DNA of 58,635 bases, filler included, from Squatina squatina (lineage: Eukaryota): assembly GCA_031763465.1 (NCBI GenBank). It is 3 parts of 3 records of this genome, joined end to end, with 100 filler letters (N's around TTAATTAATTAA, not from the genome) between each part and the next. Parts side by side here need not be neighbours in the genome. Positions count along the whole stretch, not along the records: positions 1 to 24,155 come from JARFOE010000149.1; 2 more parts are not named here. One strand, 5' to 3'. Both the position numbers and the translations under genes were made by a program. The notes below the pieces were generated by a model, which searched no databases, was not told the DNA's origin, and saw only the letters and a program-made list of their open reading frames with translations. Shown piece by piece: positions 1 to 13,218 of this stretch (within the stretch, counting starts at the first letter, position 1; each line of letters begins with the position of its first letter).

Positions 1-270
1 AAAAAAGCAGGCGTTGTCACCGCTCGATTTAGTGCACACTGACACTGTGCAATTCTGGGCGAGCGCCCAAAATGGGCGGCGCACACAATGATGACATCAC
101 AGCACTGCGTTTAGACTAACGCCAGAGCCTCGAGCGTTATAGGCTCTGCGCCCGTTTTGCGCCAGCACAAACAAGACCCAAATGTGGTGCCCGTGTTTTA
201 GCGCCAAAAGTGGCTTCACGCCAGTTTTGCGCCACTTTCACGCGAGAAGTCTTACCGCGAATTGGCCGCC
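1..270. mobile_element. CpG-rich DNA-transposon-like end (Harbinger-type MITE?)
   Basis: GC/CpG-rich with internal gggcg/cgccc palindromic motifs, ending gaattggccgcc. Similar patches at 16392-16560, 18830-19360, 28090-28560, 35050-35400, 38920-39300, 46560-46800 and 53420-53800. Confidence 0.45.
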
Positions 271-544
271 CGAAGTGTTTTAAGTTGTCTTCATCAAATT
301 GACCAACTTTTTTGTTTGTTTAATCCGACACAATACAATGGGACAACAACAGCCTACATTTCTGCAGCATTCACCACGTACACAAAGAGTCCCAAAGCAT
401 TTACACCATTGTAAATGAGTTGTAATTTGTCAAGGATGAAGGGGGGTTAGGAGAGCTTTAGTTTTGAAGTCCAGTTTTGAAGTGGTACAGGAATGGATTA
501 GGGTTTTGACAGCAATGGGGGAAAGGTAGGGGGAAAGGCAGGAT

Positions 545-990
545 GTGGGTTCAAGGACTTCAGCACAAAATCGAGGCTGACACTCCAGCGCAGTGTTGAG
601 GGAGTGCTGCACTGTGGGAGGTGCCGTCTTTTGGATGAGATGTCAAACCGAAGCCCTGTCTGTCCTCTCAGGTGGATGTAAAAGATCCCATTGCATTATT
701 TCGAAGACGAGCAGGGAAGTTCTCCTCGGTGTTCCTGGCCAACATTTATCCCTGAAACAGAATCTCTAAAAATATTATCATATTGCTGTTTGTGGGATCT
801 TGCTGTGTGCAAACTGGCTGCCACACCTTCTGCATTACAAAAGTGACAACAATTCAAAAAGTACTTCATTGGCTGTAAAGCGCTTTGGGATGTCCTGAGG
901 TTGTAAAAAGTGCGATAGAAGTGCAAGTCTGTCATTTCTTTCTTTCCTTCTTTCTATTTTTCTTTCTATCTTTCTATCTTCCTTTCCATC
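545..990 (+). mobile_element. DeuSINE (SacSINE1-like) SINE
   Basis: Deu-domain text gagggagtgctgcactgtgggaggtgccgtcttttggatgag...cctggccaa, an L2-like 3' end and a (CTTT)-rich tail. Confidence 0.85.
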
Positions 991-993
991 TAG

Positions 994-1180
994 TTGGCCC
1001 GAACATATAAACAAGATGACCTGCTTGATAATATATCAATCTTGCAGTCATTCTTAGTTATCCGTTGTTCTTTATGCAATGATGTATGGAAGGTCTTCTC
1101 ACTGTGTGCGGTCTGCATGATTTGGATATTGTTCCAGAGCTGCAATACAACAGTGAATCAATAGGAGGCACTCCAAACGT
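994..1180 (+). pseudogene. Exon-like block 1 of unidentified disabled gene
   Basis: Bounded by tag and gtatgt, phase 0>1. Reads LARTYKQDDLLDNISILQSFLVIRCSLCNDVWKVFSLCAVCMIWILFQSCNTTVNQ*EALQT, one stop at 1162. Confidence 0.4.
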
Positions 1181-1957
1181 GTATGTTTTGTTACAACATT
1201 AAAATAAATAGCTGCTGGCGCTGAGCAGCTGGATCATTGAAAATGCCAGAAACATTCCAACCTATTTACTTTCAACGTTAAGTTTTGGATTCAACATCAA
1301 ATCCTTTGGATCTCCAAGTCACTATGGAAACACGGATTGATCTCCTTGAAGATGTACACACTAGGAGCTCCCATTGCTGCTAAATGGTTCAATAGCAGTC
1401 CTGATTTTCCAGAGTAAAATAACAGTCTTTTGATTATTGGGAATCTGCATGAGGCCCAAAATACAGGACACCACCAAGATTGAGAAGAGTAGGAGAGAAG
1501 TTGTGATTAGGTGACAATAAATATGGGTTTCTAGTGCTTGAAGGATATAAGAGGAAGGGAAGATGAAGGGAGCTAAAGCTTGTGCTAAAGTGGGTGACAG
1601 TATGGTATAATGAGTCATGGCAAGGATGCAGGAGTAGGGAGAGAATGTGTGGTGGCAGTTTAGGAGGACCCAAGAGATCCTGAAATACTTGCTGTAGCTG
1701 ATAGTAGACGAAGTGCTGTGTTGACAGCAGGTTGCTACTGAAGTGTTGATTCAGTTTATATTCTGCCAAGTCAGTAAATATTTGCGAATGTGGCGCTGTG
1801 TTTGAACAATTCAATGAGCTGCTAATTGGGTTACCCACTTGCTTGCTGAGCCGTAANNNNNNNNNNNNNNNNNNNNNNNNNNNNNNNNNNNNNNNNNNNN
1901 NNNNNNNNNNNNNNNNNNNNNNNNNNNNNNNNNNNNNNNNNNNNNNNNNNNNNNNNC

Positions 1958-2645
1958 CTGTTATGACACAAATGTAAGCAGAATTTGAATGACAAGTGTT
2001 AATTACTGCCAATTAATCTCTCTAGCACTGAAGACTAACGATTTCAAGTGTGGGGTTCCATTCCTTCAGCTTTTACTTTTCCTTTCTTTCTCTTTTCTCT
2101 CTCTCTCTCTCTTAATCCAATCTTTTTTCTGTCCCTGATTTGACATTGAATTCACCCACTCTAATTTACACTTCCTTCTCAGTGCTTGTGCTGTTTATTT
2201 CACAACTCTTCAATCTGATATGGAGATACACAGTTGCTTGCCCAGTTCACTGAGGTTCCCGATGTCCTGTTTTCTTCGTTGCGATGTTATCAACTCGCAC
2301 TTGCAGCAACTCGCCTCATTAAAAATTGAAAAACCTACAAGTCTAACTAATGGCAAACGTTGTGAGATGCTCTGCTACGGCAAGTTATGGCCCAACAAAA
2401 CGTGACTTTTTGTGGCTAGTTTAGTGCGTATCTACCACGCAAATACAGCAACTTCACGTCATTTCACTGGCGAGGCAGACAGCAAGATGCCGTTTTGACG
2501 AAGCTAACGACACAACTCGGGCAGCAACTTTTGGATATTCACGTTTAACCGTGCATCTGCCCCTCGCCTGAAGTTGCTGCATCATTCACACAAATAATGG
2601 CAAGCACACTCACCTTGCGCTAATTTGAGACAAAAAATCTGGCCC
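1958..2645. mobile_element. Two opposite-orientation pieces of a non-autonomous DNA transposon family
   Basis: 1958-2393 aligns with 27590-27990; 2405-2645 aligns with 25285-25520. Both pieces end in ggccc. Confidence 0.75.
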
Positions 2646-2689
2646 AGTGTCATAAAGTTATGAATAATCAAGTTGCTGGTTTCATCGCA

Positions 2690-3540
2690 TACTGCTAGCC
2701 TACACTCTGGGCAATGTTATGGTATTATGGATTCCATTAGAAATATATAAACATTTTGGAACGCTGTGATAGAATGTGGTGTCGCACTAAAATGGAAGAT
2801 TGAAGAACAAAGTGGTTCAAAGTGAAAACTCATGTTGTAGAGAATAAGTATCGGCAACAAAACAATTGGAGATGTTGATCTTACAGATGATGCAGCACTA
2901 TTGGCTCAATCTGAAGGAAAAATGCAAGAAGTATAGGCCTGAATAAAACTGGGTAACAAGACAGCAAGATCTCTTGGAAGAAAACTACAGTTATGATTGT
3001 GAGAATGGAAGACGCCAGCTGTTAGCATCCAGTTCAGTCCAGAGACACTAGATAGCTGCACCTACCTTGTACCATATACAGCAGTGCTAATATCAGAAGA
3101 GAGTTATCAGGTAGAATGTGAGGCAATTAGTGCTTGCACAAAACTGAACAACACTTGGAGAAATACTGAGCCATTCTTGGAAAAGGCAGATCAACCTAAA
3201 GCATGGAAGCAATGGTATTGGCGTGGTCAGTGGGAAGGATGGAAGAAAGAGACGTTTATGACAGCAAATATCTTTGCAAGATCCTCATAATCAGCTGGTT
3301 AGATTACACGAGCAGCCAGATAATTATAGAACACAAGGCGGTTGCCCCTAAGCCAACTTACATAGCAACAGTGGCTCGAGTAGCTAGCTTGAGTAGCCAG
3401 GAGGGTGGTCACTACAATACAAGCACGCAAATGGAAGCCGAATGGGAAAGAGAAGTATAGAAGGCAAAAAATAACCTGGTGAAGCCATAAGTAACAGCTG
3501 ACGTCACCTGGGAAAGGGCACAGCAGTCAGAACAGAGGCT
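2690..3540 (+). mobile_element. Highly degenerate RTE-clade LINE RT relic
   Basis: KWFKVKT; RISIGNKTIGDVDLTDDAALLAQSE (YADD-like, 2841-2915); KLNNTWRN; YDSKYLCKILIISWLDY (the RTE LRKILxISW motif). Confidence 0.7.
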
Positions 3541-3549
3541 GGCCACAAC

Positions 3550-3912
3550 CAGGGTTACCAACCCTCCAGGATTACCCTGGGGGCTCCAAGAATTAAAGAT
3601 TAATCTCCTGGACACCGCTGCGAGCAATACTCGGTTTGTAAAAAAAAAAGAAATACTTCTTGACCACTTTTGTTTACTAGTTATAAAAATATTGAAGACG
3701 GGGGAAAAAAGACTGTTTGACTGGCAGTCAAGATTCATCCAGTCGGGTAATGAAGAGTCTCTTTGCTTTCCAATTGGCGTGGGAGGGTGGTGCGTCACGA
3801 GGATGGGCATGTCAGGCGGCCGATGGCGGGAGGGTGAGGGCGGGGCGTTTGGAGGCAGAAGGTCATGTGATGACATCTTCAGGAATACGTCCAACCAGAG
3901 ATGGCAGCCCGA
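3550..3912. mobile_element. hAT-like MITE
   Basis: Ends cagggttaccaac and gatggcagcccga; 8-bp TSD gccacaac (3542-49) / gccagaac (3913-20). Confidence 0.75.
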
Positions 3913-4295
3913 GCCAGAACCAGAATAAAGCGCTCGCACCATTCTCAAACAGCACATCATTCGACTTGCTGTGAATAGCACCTCGGGAAATCACTGGTGT
4001 GTGTGTAGAGGCATATTGGGGCAGCTCATGTTATTACAGCTAGGGGTGTCAGATCTCTTGGGTGCAGTGCGTAGAGGAGCATCAGGCAGAGAGGATCACG
4101 CACTTATAAGGGAGCCTGCCTGATTTTTCTGTCCAGGTCAATTGACCCTACTCAGTTTTCCTCTCTGCACTGCACGCAAGCAGTTCAACACTCGGTGGGG
4201 CAGGAAAACCCTCCCCGCCTTCTCTGCAATACTTGCGCCATTCAAAATGAGCCTGCCGATTAAATGAGTGCGGTTTGTTGTTTTATTCCCTCCAG

Positions 4296-4345
4296 TACTA
4301 GGACTGCTGTTGGTTAATACTGCAGACAAAGCAACGCAGTGACAG
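4296..4345 (+). pseudogene. Exon-like block 2 of unidentified disabled gene
   Basis: Acceptor ttattccctccag, phase 1>0. Reads (L)LGLLLVNTADKATQ*Q; the donor gtggac is weak. Confidence 0.3.
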
Positions 4346-4409
4346 GTGGACTAAGCTCCTTAATTTGTGCACTTTCATTTTTCACTGAAGAAAATATTAT
4401 AGACATTAG

Positions 4410-4710
4410 CAACAATGACTTGCATTTATATAGTGCCTTTAACATAGTAAAATGTCCCAAGGCGCTTCACAGGAGCGTTAGAAAACAAAATTTGACACCG
4501 AGACTTATGAGGAGATAGTAGCACAGGCGACCAAAAGCTTGGTCGAAGAGGTAGGTTTTAAGGAGTGTCTTAAAGGAGAGCGAGATGTAGAGCTGCGGGG
4601 AGATTTAGTCAGGGAATTCCAGAGCTCAGGGCACCGATGGTGGAGCACTTGAAATTGGGGATGCGCAAAAGGCCAGAATTGGAGGAGCTCAGAGACCTCC
4701 TCGGAGGACC
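4410..4710 (-). mobile_element. L2 LINE 3' end
   Basis: acttgcatttatatagtgcctttaac...ccaaaagcttggtcgaagaggtaggttttaagg, shared with the other L2 ends. Confidence 0.8.
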
Positions 4711-4965
4711 TCTGGATAGCAAGTGGAAAGTCTAAAGTGAGGATTTATCAGTGTTAGTAACAGAATCCGAATGATTAATTTACATATATTTCCTCAAAAA
4801 TCTGTTTAAAGTAGCCACATCAAACACGCTTGATTTAGTGTTGGGAAAACTCAGGGGGTTCGTCTNNNNNNNNNNNNNNNNNNNNNNNNNNNNNNNNNNN
4901 NNNNNNNNNNNNNNNNNNNNNNNNNNNNNNNNNNNNNNNNNNNNNNNNNNNNNNNNNNNNNNNNN

Positions 4966-5635
4966 CCACAGTATTTATGTAGCTGGTCCAGCTAGGCTTC
5001 TGGTCAATGGTGACTTCCAGGATGTTGATGGTGGGGGATTCAGCAATAGTAATGCCATTAAATGTCATGGGGAGGTGGTTAGAATCTCTTGTTGGAGGTT
5101 GTCATTACCTGGCACTTGTGTGTCGTGAATGTTACTTGCCCCTCATCAGCCCAAGCTGAAATGTCGTCCAGGTCTTGCTGCATGCGGGCATAGACTGCTT
5201 TATTATCTGAGGAGTTGTGAATGGAACTGAACACTGTGCAGTCATCAGCGAACATCGCGAATTCTGACCTTATGATGGAGGGAAGATTATTGATGAAACA
5301 GCTGAAGATGTTTGGGCCTAGGACACTGCCCTGAGGAACTCCTGCGGTGATGTCCTGAGATGATTGATCTCCAACAATCACTACCGTCTTCCTTTGTGCT
5401 AGCCAGTGGAGAGTTATCCCTGCCACACTCGGTCAAATGCTACCTTGATGTCAAGGGCAGGCACTCTCAACTCACCTCACCTCACCTCTGGAATTCAGCT
5501 GTTTTCCATGTTTGGGCCAACGTAATGAGGTCTGAAGCCAAATGGGCCAGGGCGGAACCCAAACTGAGCATTGATGAGCAGGTTATTGGTGAGTAAGTGC
5601 TGCTTGAGAGCACTGTCGACGACACCGCCCATCAC
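4966..5635 (-). mobile_element. CR1/L2-group LINE reverse transcriptase fragment
   Basis: Reads GVPQGSVLGPNIFSCFINNLPS...FADD...MQQDLDDISAWA. Confidence 0.85.
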
Positions 5636-6124
5636 TATATATGAAGAGGCAAGGCCATGTAGGTATTTAAACATGAGGATGATCATTTTAAATTTGGGGC
5701 ATTGGAGGGCTGGGAGCTTATGTATGTCAACAAGGACAGGAATAATGGGGGAGTGGGACTTGGTGTGAAATAGCATACTGAAATAGATTAGCTGTAGCTT
5801 ACAGAGGGTGGAGGATGGGAGACAAGCTATGAAAGCATTGGAAAAGCGAAGTCTTGAGGTGACAATGTCGTGGATGAGGGTTTCAGCAGCAGATGGTCTG
5901 AAGTGGGGTGAAGGTGGAGGATATTATGCAAGTGGAAGTTAGCGGTCTTTGTAATGGAGGGAATATGGGGTCAGAAGCTCAGCTCAGGGCCAATAAGGCA
6001 CCAAGGTTGTGAACAGTCTGGTTCAACCTGAGACAGTGGCCGGGCAATAGAAGGGACGGCTTCAGCCTTCCCAGTATTCAACCGGAGGAAATTATGGCTC
6101 CTCCAAGACTTGATGTTGAACAAG
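5636..6124 (-). mobile_element. L2 ORF2 fragment
   Basis: IKSW...NFLRLNTGKAEA and HKLPALQCPKFK resemble L2 post-RT motifs (WM..NFL.LN..KTE; LHWLP...RI.FK). Confidence 0.75.
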
Positions 6125-6516
6125 NNNNNNNNNNNNNNNNNNNNNNNNNNNNNNNNNNNNNNNNNNNNNNNNNNNNNNNNNNNNNNNNNNNNNNNNNNNN
6201 NNNNNNNNNNNNNNNNNNNNNNNNNNNNNNNNNNNNNNNNNNNNNNNNNNNNNNNNNNNNNNNNNNNNNNNNNNNNNNNNNNNNNNNNNNNNNNNNNNNN
6301 NNNNNNNNNNNNNNNNNNNNNNNNNNNNNNNNNNNNNNNNNNNNNNNNNNNNNNNNNNNNNNNNNNNNNNNNNNNNNNNNNNNNNNNNNNNNNNNNNNNN
6401 NNNNNNNNNNNNNNNNNNNNNNNNNNNNNNNNNNNNNNNNNNNNNNNNNNNNNNNNNNNNNNNNNNNNNNNNNNNNNNNNNNNNNNNNNNNNNNNNNNNN
6501 NNNNNNNNNNNNNNNN

Positions 6517-6690
6517 GTATCGATGCATTTAAGGGGAGGCTAGACAAGCATATGAGGGAGAAGGGAATCGAGGGTTATGCTGATAGATTTAGAAGAGGAA
6601 AGATGGGAGGAGGCTGGAGTGGAGCATAAACGTCGGCCTGGACTGGTTGGGCCGAATGGCCTGTTTCTGTGCCGTATAATCCTATGTAAA
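6517..6690 (+). mobile_element. CR1 3' end
   Basis: FKGRLDKHM-like ORF2 end followed by ttgggccgaatggcctgtttctgtg. Confidence 0.8.
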
Positions 6691-6942
6691 AGATTCCAAG
6701 GAAGAGCAGGGGAGTTATCCCCTGGGATCCTGGGGCCAATATTTATCCCTCAAACAACATCGCTAAAACAGATTACCTGGCCATGAACACATTGCTGTTT
6801 GTGGGAGCTTGATGTGGGCAAATTGGCTGGTACGTTTCCCACACTACAACAGTGACTACACTCCGAAAGCACTGCATTGGCTGTAAAATGCTTTTGAGAC
6901 GCCCGGTGGTTGTGAAAGGCGCTATATAAATGCAAGTCTTTA

Positions 6943-6974
<32 letters not shown>

Positions 6975-6975
6975 A
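6690..6975 (+). mobile_element. DeuSINE, 3' half
   Basis: gaagagcaggggagttatccc...ggcgctatataaatgcaagtct plus TCTT tail. Confidence 0.85.
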
Positions 6976-6978
6976 AAG

Positions 6979-7146
6979 TCATTCCTACATACTCTGACCA
7001 AAGATAGGGAAATGTGTATCCCAATCTTGTTCAAAGTTCAGACCTCCTTGTTTTTGCTTGATGGAGGCAGTGTTGACTTCCACATTTGAAGTCACTGTGT
7101 TTCAATTCATGTCCTGGCTAAGAAATTGATGGAATTAATTCCAAGT
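6979..7146 (+). pseudogene. Exon-like block 3 of unidentified disabled gene
   Basis: Acceptor tttcaaag, phase 0>0. Reads SFLHTLTKDREMCIPILFKVQTSLFLLDGGSVDFHI*SHCVSIHVLAKKLMELIPS; donor gtactg. Confidence 0.4.
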
Positions 7147-7492
7147 GTACTGACGTGCCATTGACACCCAGACTCAGAATGTGGCGTTTGATTGGGAGCA
7201 AGTGCTGTAATTGGCAGGTTTGTGGCCCACTCCAAGCAAGTGCGGTCAATCTACTGTTCTTGATCCAAAATTAATCTCCCCACTTTGAGGGTGATCTAAA
7301 CCCTAAAATTAGCCCCTCCCCAGAGGTCTGATCATTGTGATCGGGGTGTAACCCTGTGTGTCTCTTGAGAATTACCGAAAGGAGCTGCCTGCTTTTGCTC
7401 CCACTACTTGTGCTGTTTCCTTGAGCCTTTGTACTTGGCGTCCACCCCTCAGGTGTAGGGCTTTACGTTTGCAGAGGACTACTTGCCAACCT

Positions 7493-7812
7493 CTTTCGGG
7501 TGAGACATTAAACTGAAGCCCCGTCTGCTCTCTCAGGTGGACTTAAAAGCTCCCATGGCACTATTTCGAAGAGGAGCAGGGGAGTTATCCCCGGTGTCCT
7601 GGCCAATATTGATCCCTCAATCAACATCACTAAAACAGATTGTCTGGTCGTTATCACCTTGTTGTTTGTGGGAGCTTGCTGTGCGCAAACTGTCTGCTGC
7701 GTTTCCTACAAATTGACTACACTCCAAAAGTACTTCATTGGCTGTAACGCGCTTTGGGACGTCCAGTGGTCGTGAACGGTGCTATATAAATGCAAGTCAG
7801 TCTTTCTTTCTT
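7493..7812 (+). mobile_element. DeuSINE, 5'-truncated
   Basis: Colinear with the copy at 545-990. Confidence 0.85.
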
Positions 7813-8199
7813 CGATTTAAAAAATATATTTTCTTTAAGTAGCTTATTGTCTTTGGCAGTGGCTGTGCTAAAGTGGAGGATGGCTCGGGGCAGTACCTGG
7901 CTCCAGTGCTAACAATGGGAAACTGGAGATGGTTTCATTGTCACGCTGCTGTCAGCCCAAGTCTCCATGTTCCGTTCCCAGTTAGTGAGCCTGCAAGTGA
8001 CACAGCCATGTGGAAGCCTCAGAGGTGCGGCACCCGAGGGTGGTGGGACGTGAGCTTGCTCCTCACGCTGCCAACACTGTTGAGATTCTAAATCTCAGCT
8101 GCTGAAGCTTCCCCGGTGAGAAGAGGAGAACCTCTGGAGAATCTTTCCAGGCCCTGCGAATAGGCCCTCCGACAGTGCTCGAGACCTGAGAGATTGGCA

Positions 8200-8535
8200 C
8201 ATAGAAACATAGAAACATAGAAAATAGGTGCAGGAGTAGGCCATTAGGCCCTTCGAGCCTGCACCGCCATTCNNNNNNNNNNNNNNNNNNNNNNNNNNNN
8301 NNNNNNNNNNNNNNNNNNNNNNNNNNNNNNNNNNNNNNNNNNNNNNNNNNNNNNNNNNNNNNNNNNNNNNNNTGGAACTCCCTCCCTAACAGCACTGTGG
8401 GAGTTCCTTCACCACAAGGACTGCAGCGGTTCAAGAAGGCGGCTCATCATCACCTTCTCAAGGGCAACGAGGGATGGGCAATAAATGCTGGCCTTGCCAG
8501 TGAAGCCCACATCCCAGGAACGATTAAAAAAAAAA
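8200..8535. mobile_element. CR1 3' tip (-, 8200-8272) and second LINE family 3' end (+, 8373-8535)
   Basis: CATAGAAA repeats with aggccattaggccc; WNSLP...QRFKKAAHHHLL with gggcaataaatgctggccttgccag. Confidence 0.8.
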
Positions 8536-8624
8536 ACACTGTCCCATCAAACACTCCCAGGGCAGGTACAGCACTGGTTAGATACAGAGTAAAGTTTCCT
8601 CTACATCATCATTCAAACACACAC

Positions 8625-8862
8625 TAAGAGCAGGGGATTTCTCCACGGAGCCCTGGCCAATATTTATCACTCAATCAACATCACTAAAACAGATGATCTG
8701 GTCATTATCACATTGCTGTTTGTGGAACCTCGCTGTGCGCAATGTGGCTGCCGTGTTTCCTAGGTTACAACAGTGACTACACTTCAAAACTACTTCATTG
8801 GCTGTGAAGCACATTGGCAGGTCCCGAGACAGTGCAACCATGATAGAAATACAAGCCTTGCT
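8625..8862 (+). mobile_element. DeuSINE, 3' part
   Basis: cctggccaatatttat...cattgctgtttgtgg...tacttcattggctgtgaagc. Confidence 0.8.
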
Positions 8863-9534
8863 TTAACAAAGGAGAAAAGGCCCACAATGGAAGTCGGTTA
8901 GTCTGCCCTGATCTTAGAGACATCAAGGACTCGATACACTGTGTGTTTGAAACAAAGCAGGTTTACTTGACATTTATCCATGACTGAATTTTAGAATGAA
9001 ACTTAAACCTGCCGTTTCACTGTCAGTCAGGAACAGATCGCAGTTTTACACCAATCTCTGATTTGACAGCACGTTTCCAGCATTCACCGTTGTGCTCCCT
9101 GACTCTAAACACAGTTGTAAAGGAGCCTTCTGTTCCATGCACAGGAGGTCTGAACAATGGAAGGGAGCAGCTGGGACACATTTCTTGCTCACCTCAAGAT
9201 TAACCTGCTGTCAGTGAAGAGAGACGAGAAAGACCAAAGTGCCATTTGTCCTTCTCAGTGTGGCCCTGAAGGACAGTGTCCAGGCTGAAGTTCTGTTCCC
9301 TCCATACGATCCTCCCCACTCACAGATTGTCCTTTCTGAGCTCCAGCTCAGAAATCTACAACAATGTGTTTAAAGCAAAGCTAATTTATTCGACAACTAT
9401 CCAGAATATTAAGCTCCAGCCCAGTTACAGGGGTTATTAACATCAGCAGAAACAAACCCAACTGTCAGAATGAACGTGGTTCAGTCTTGGATGTGATTAA
9501 CAGCAGCAATAACAGCAGAATCCAACCCCTGTAG

Positions 9535-10764
<1,230 letters not shown>

Positions 10765-10844
10765 CTGCAAAATGAACTTCAAACAGGAAAAAAGGTGAGA
10801 GAGATTCCACAAAAACACAAAGGCAGGTTGTCAAATTGAGCTTA

Positions 10845-11935
10845 GAAACATAGAAAATAGGAGCAGGAGTAGGTCATTCGGACTTTCGAGCCTGCTCCGC
10901 CATTCAATATGATCATGGCTCATCATCCATATTCAGTACCCTGTTCCTGCTTTCTCCCCATATCCCTTGATCTCTTTAGCCATAAGAACTGTATCTTACT
11001 CCTTCTTGAATATATTTAATGATTTGGCCTAAACAGCCTTCTGTGGTAGAGATTTCCACAGGTTCACCACTCTCTGGGTGAAGAAATTTCTCCTCAACTC
11101 AGTCCTAAATGGCCTACCGCGTATCCTTAGGCATTGACCACTGGTTCTGGACTCACCTGCCATCGGGAACATCCTTCCTGCATCTAGTCTGTCCAGTTCC
11201 ATTAAGATTTTTAAGTTTCAATGAGATCCACTCTCATTCTTCTAAACTCTGGCGAATATAAGCCCAATCGTCCCAATCTCTCTTCATACATCTGTCCTGC
11301 CATCCCAGGAATCAGTCTGGTGAACCTTCACTGCACTCCCTCCATTGCAAGGACAGCCTTCCTCAGATAAGGAGACCAAAACTGCACACAATACTCAAGG
11401 TGTGGTCTCACGGAGGCCCTGTATAATTGCAGTAAGACATCCCTGCTCCTGTACTCAAATCCTCCCACTATGAAGGCCAACATACCATTTGCCTTCTTAA
11501 CCGCCTGCTGCACCTGCATGCTTACATTCATCAACTGGTGTACAAGGACAGGACACCCAGGTCTTGTTGCACCTCCCCCTTTCCTAATCTATCGCCATTC
11601 AGATAATAATCTGCTTTCTTGTTTTTGCCACCAAAGCAGATAACCTCACCTTTATCCACATTATACTGTATCTGCCATGAATTTGCCCATTCACTCAACC
11701 TGTCCAAATCACACTGGAGCCTCTCTGCATCCTCCTCACAGCTCACACTCCCATCCAACTTTGTGTTGTCCGCAAACTTGGAGATATTACATTTAATTCC
11801 CTCATTTAAATTATTAATATATATTATGAATAGCTGGGATCCAAGCACTGAACCCTGCAGTACCCCACTAGTCACTGCCTGCCACTCAGAAAAAGATCCG
11901 TTTATTCCTGCTCTTTGTTTCCTGTCTGTCCTGAC
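10845..11935 (-). mobile_element. CR1 LINE (RT to 3' end), frameshifted
   Basis: SGVLQGSVLG...KFADNTKL...RPHLEYCVQFWSPY, with a tail of CATAGAAA repeats. Confidence 0.92.
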
Positions 11936-12399
11936 ACCCGTGCTTACATTTCTATCAGGGCGCAAAATCATTGTGCATCATTGTGCACCCACCTTTTTTG
12001 ATGCATAAATCCCCATCTAGAGACCATAAAAAGCATTTGAATCGTTGTGCGCAACTTGGAACGGTCATTTTTATGAGTTTTGGTAATTTTGGATGACCTC
12101 TTGAAATGTGCAAAAATCGGGCTATTCGGCCATGGGAGCCATCAATAATAGTGAAGTGAGGATGGAGGTGCAGGGATGGCTTCCTTTTGGAGCAGAGAGC
12201 CAAGTCACAATGATAGTGACCTTTGCCTGACCCCTGCGATTTGTTACCATTCTGACTATTCGGACATGGGGGGCATCACTCACTTTGGAGTGGGATCTCC
12301 CCCGACACCAAATGAGGTAGACGGATCACCTCCTCGTGGATGCTGGAGAGATGAGTGCACACCAGGATGAAGCCACGCAGTTTGCATCACCAACTGCCC

Positions 12400-12710
12400 A
12401 CCATCATCATGCCCACCAACTCCTTCACTTCCCACACCCAGTCACTGCACTGGTGGCACACGCCACAGCCCTGCATCATCCTCGGAGAGGTCAGACAGGA
12501 AGATGACATCAACTAAGATTTGATTGGACAATGGGTCACCAAGACAGAGCTTTGGGCACTGCCAAGATATCCGGCTTCCCGAGGGTCCAGGATGCCATCG
12601 AGTATGTCTGCCCATCCCCGCAGTTGATTAGATTATCCCTCCTCGCCCACCAACGACCTATGCTGTGACTGACCCAAGCAGTGCTTGTGTCAGCAGAATG
12701 ATCCCCTTTA
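12400..12710 (+). mobile_element. Harbinger transposase relic
   Basis: ALGTAKISGFPRVQDAIEYV resembles the HARBI1-type GFPxVQGAIDCTH motif. Confidence 0.6.
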
Positions 12711-12831
12711 NNNNNNNNNNNNNNNNNNNNNNNNNNNNNNNNNNNNNNNNNNNNNNNNNNNNNNNNNNNNNNNNNNNNNNNNNNNNNNNNNNNNNNNNNN
12801 NNNNNNNNNNTGATGGATCTTTCTTTTTCAG

Positions 12832-12948
12832 GAGTGGACTGATTGTGTTCACTTGAGTGGCAGTTTTGTGAACAGAGAAAGAACAGATTCAACATCAGTT
12901 ATTATCAACAGCTCAGTATAAAATTGGCACATTCACAGCATTGGTTTG
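12832..12948 (+). pseudogene. Exon-like block 4 of unidentified disabled gene
   Basis: Bounded by ttctttttcag and gtaaac, 117 nt, phase 0>0. Reads EWTDCVHLSGSFVNRERTDSTSVIINSSV*NWHIHSIGL. Confidence 0.45.
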
Positions 12949-13074
12949 GTAAACAATTCAAAACTCTCCAATTCAAAGAATGTACTAGATGTCTTCCTCA
13001 TTGGGTTGTGTGTCTGACCCAAAACTAGCTGCGTACTTTCCAAATATGGTTGCCATTCTGACTGTTTCCTGTAG

Positions 13075-13218
13075 ATGAACTGGAATGAATATTTTTACAA
13101 ATGTAATGAAGAAGTATGGTCAATGCACTGATGTCATTTTACTTATCGTAGGCTCTGGCTTCCATTCATGTTAATTACATATGAACAAACAATGAAAAAT
13201 GAGTATCCAAATCTTACT
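13075..13218 (+). pseudogene. Exon-like block 5 of unidentified disabled gene
   Basis: Bounded by tttcctgtag and gtaagt, 144 nt, phase 0>0. Reads MNWNEYFYKCNEEVWSMH*CHFTYRRLWLPFMLITYEQTMKNEYPNLT. Confidence 0.5.

Noticed and set aside
7860-7980. Another AG/GT-bounded block that might belong to the disabled gene
   Set aside because: No frame is clearly preferred and the phases do not chain unambiguously; left uncalled.
13129-13131. In-frame TGA next to Cys (H*C) as selenocysteine
   Set aside because: Other blocks of the same putative gene carry TAA and TAG stops, and I see no SECIS or selenoprotein similarity. Nonsense mutation is simpler.
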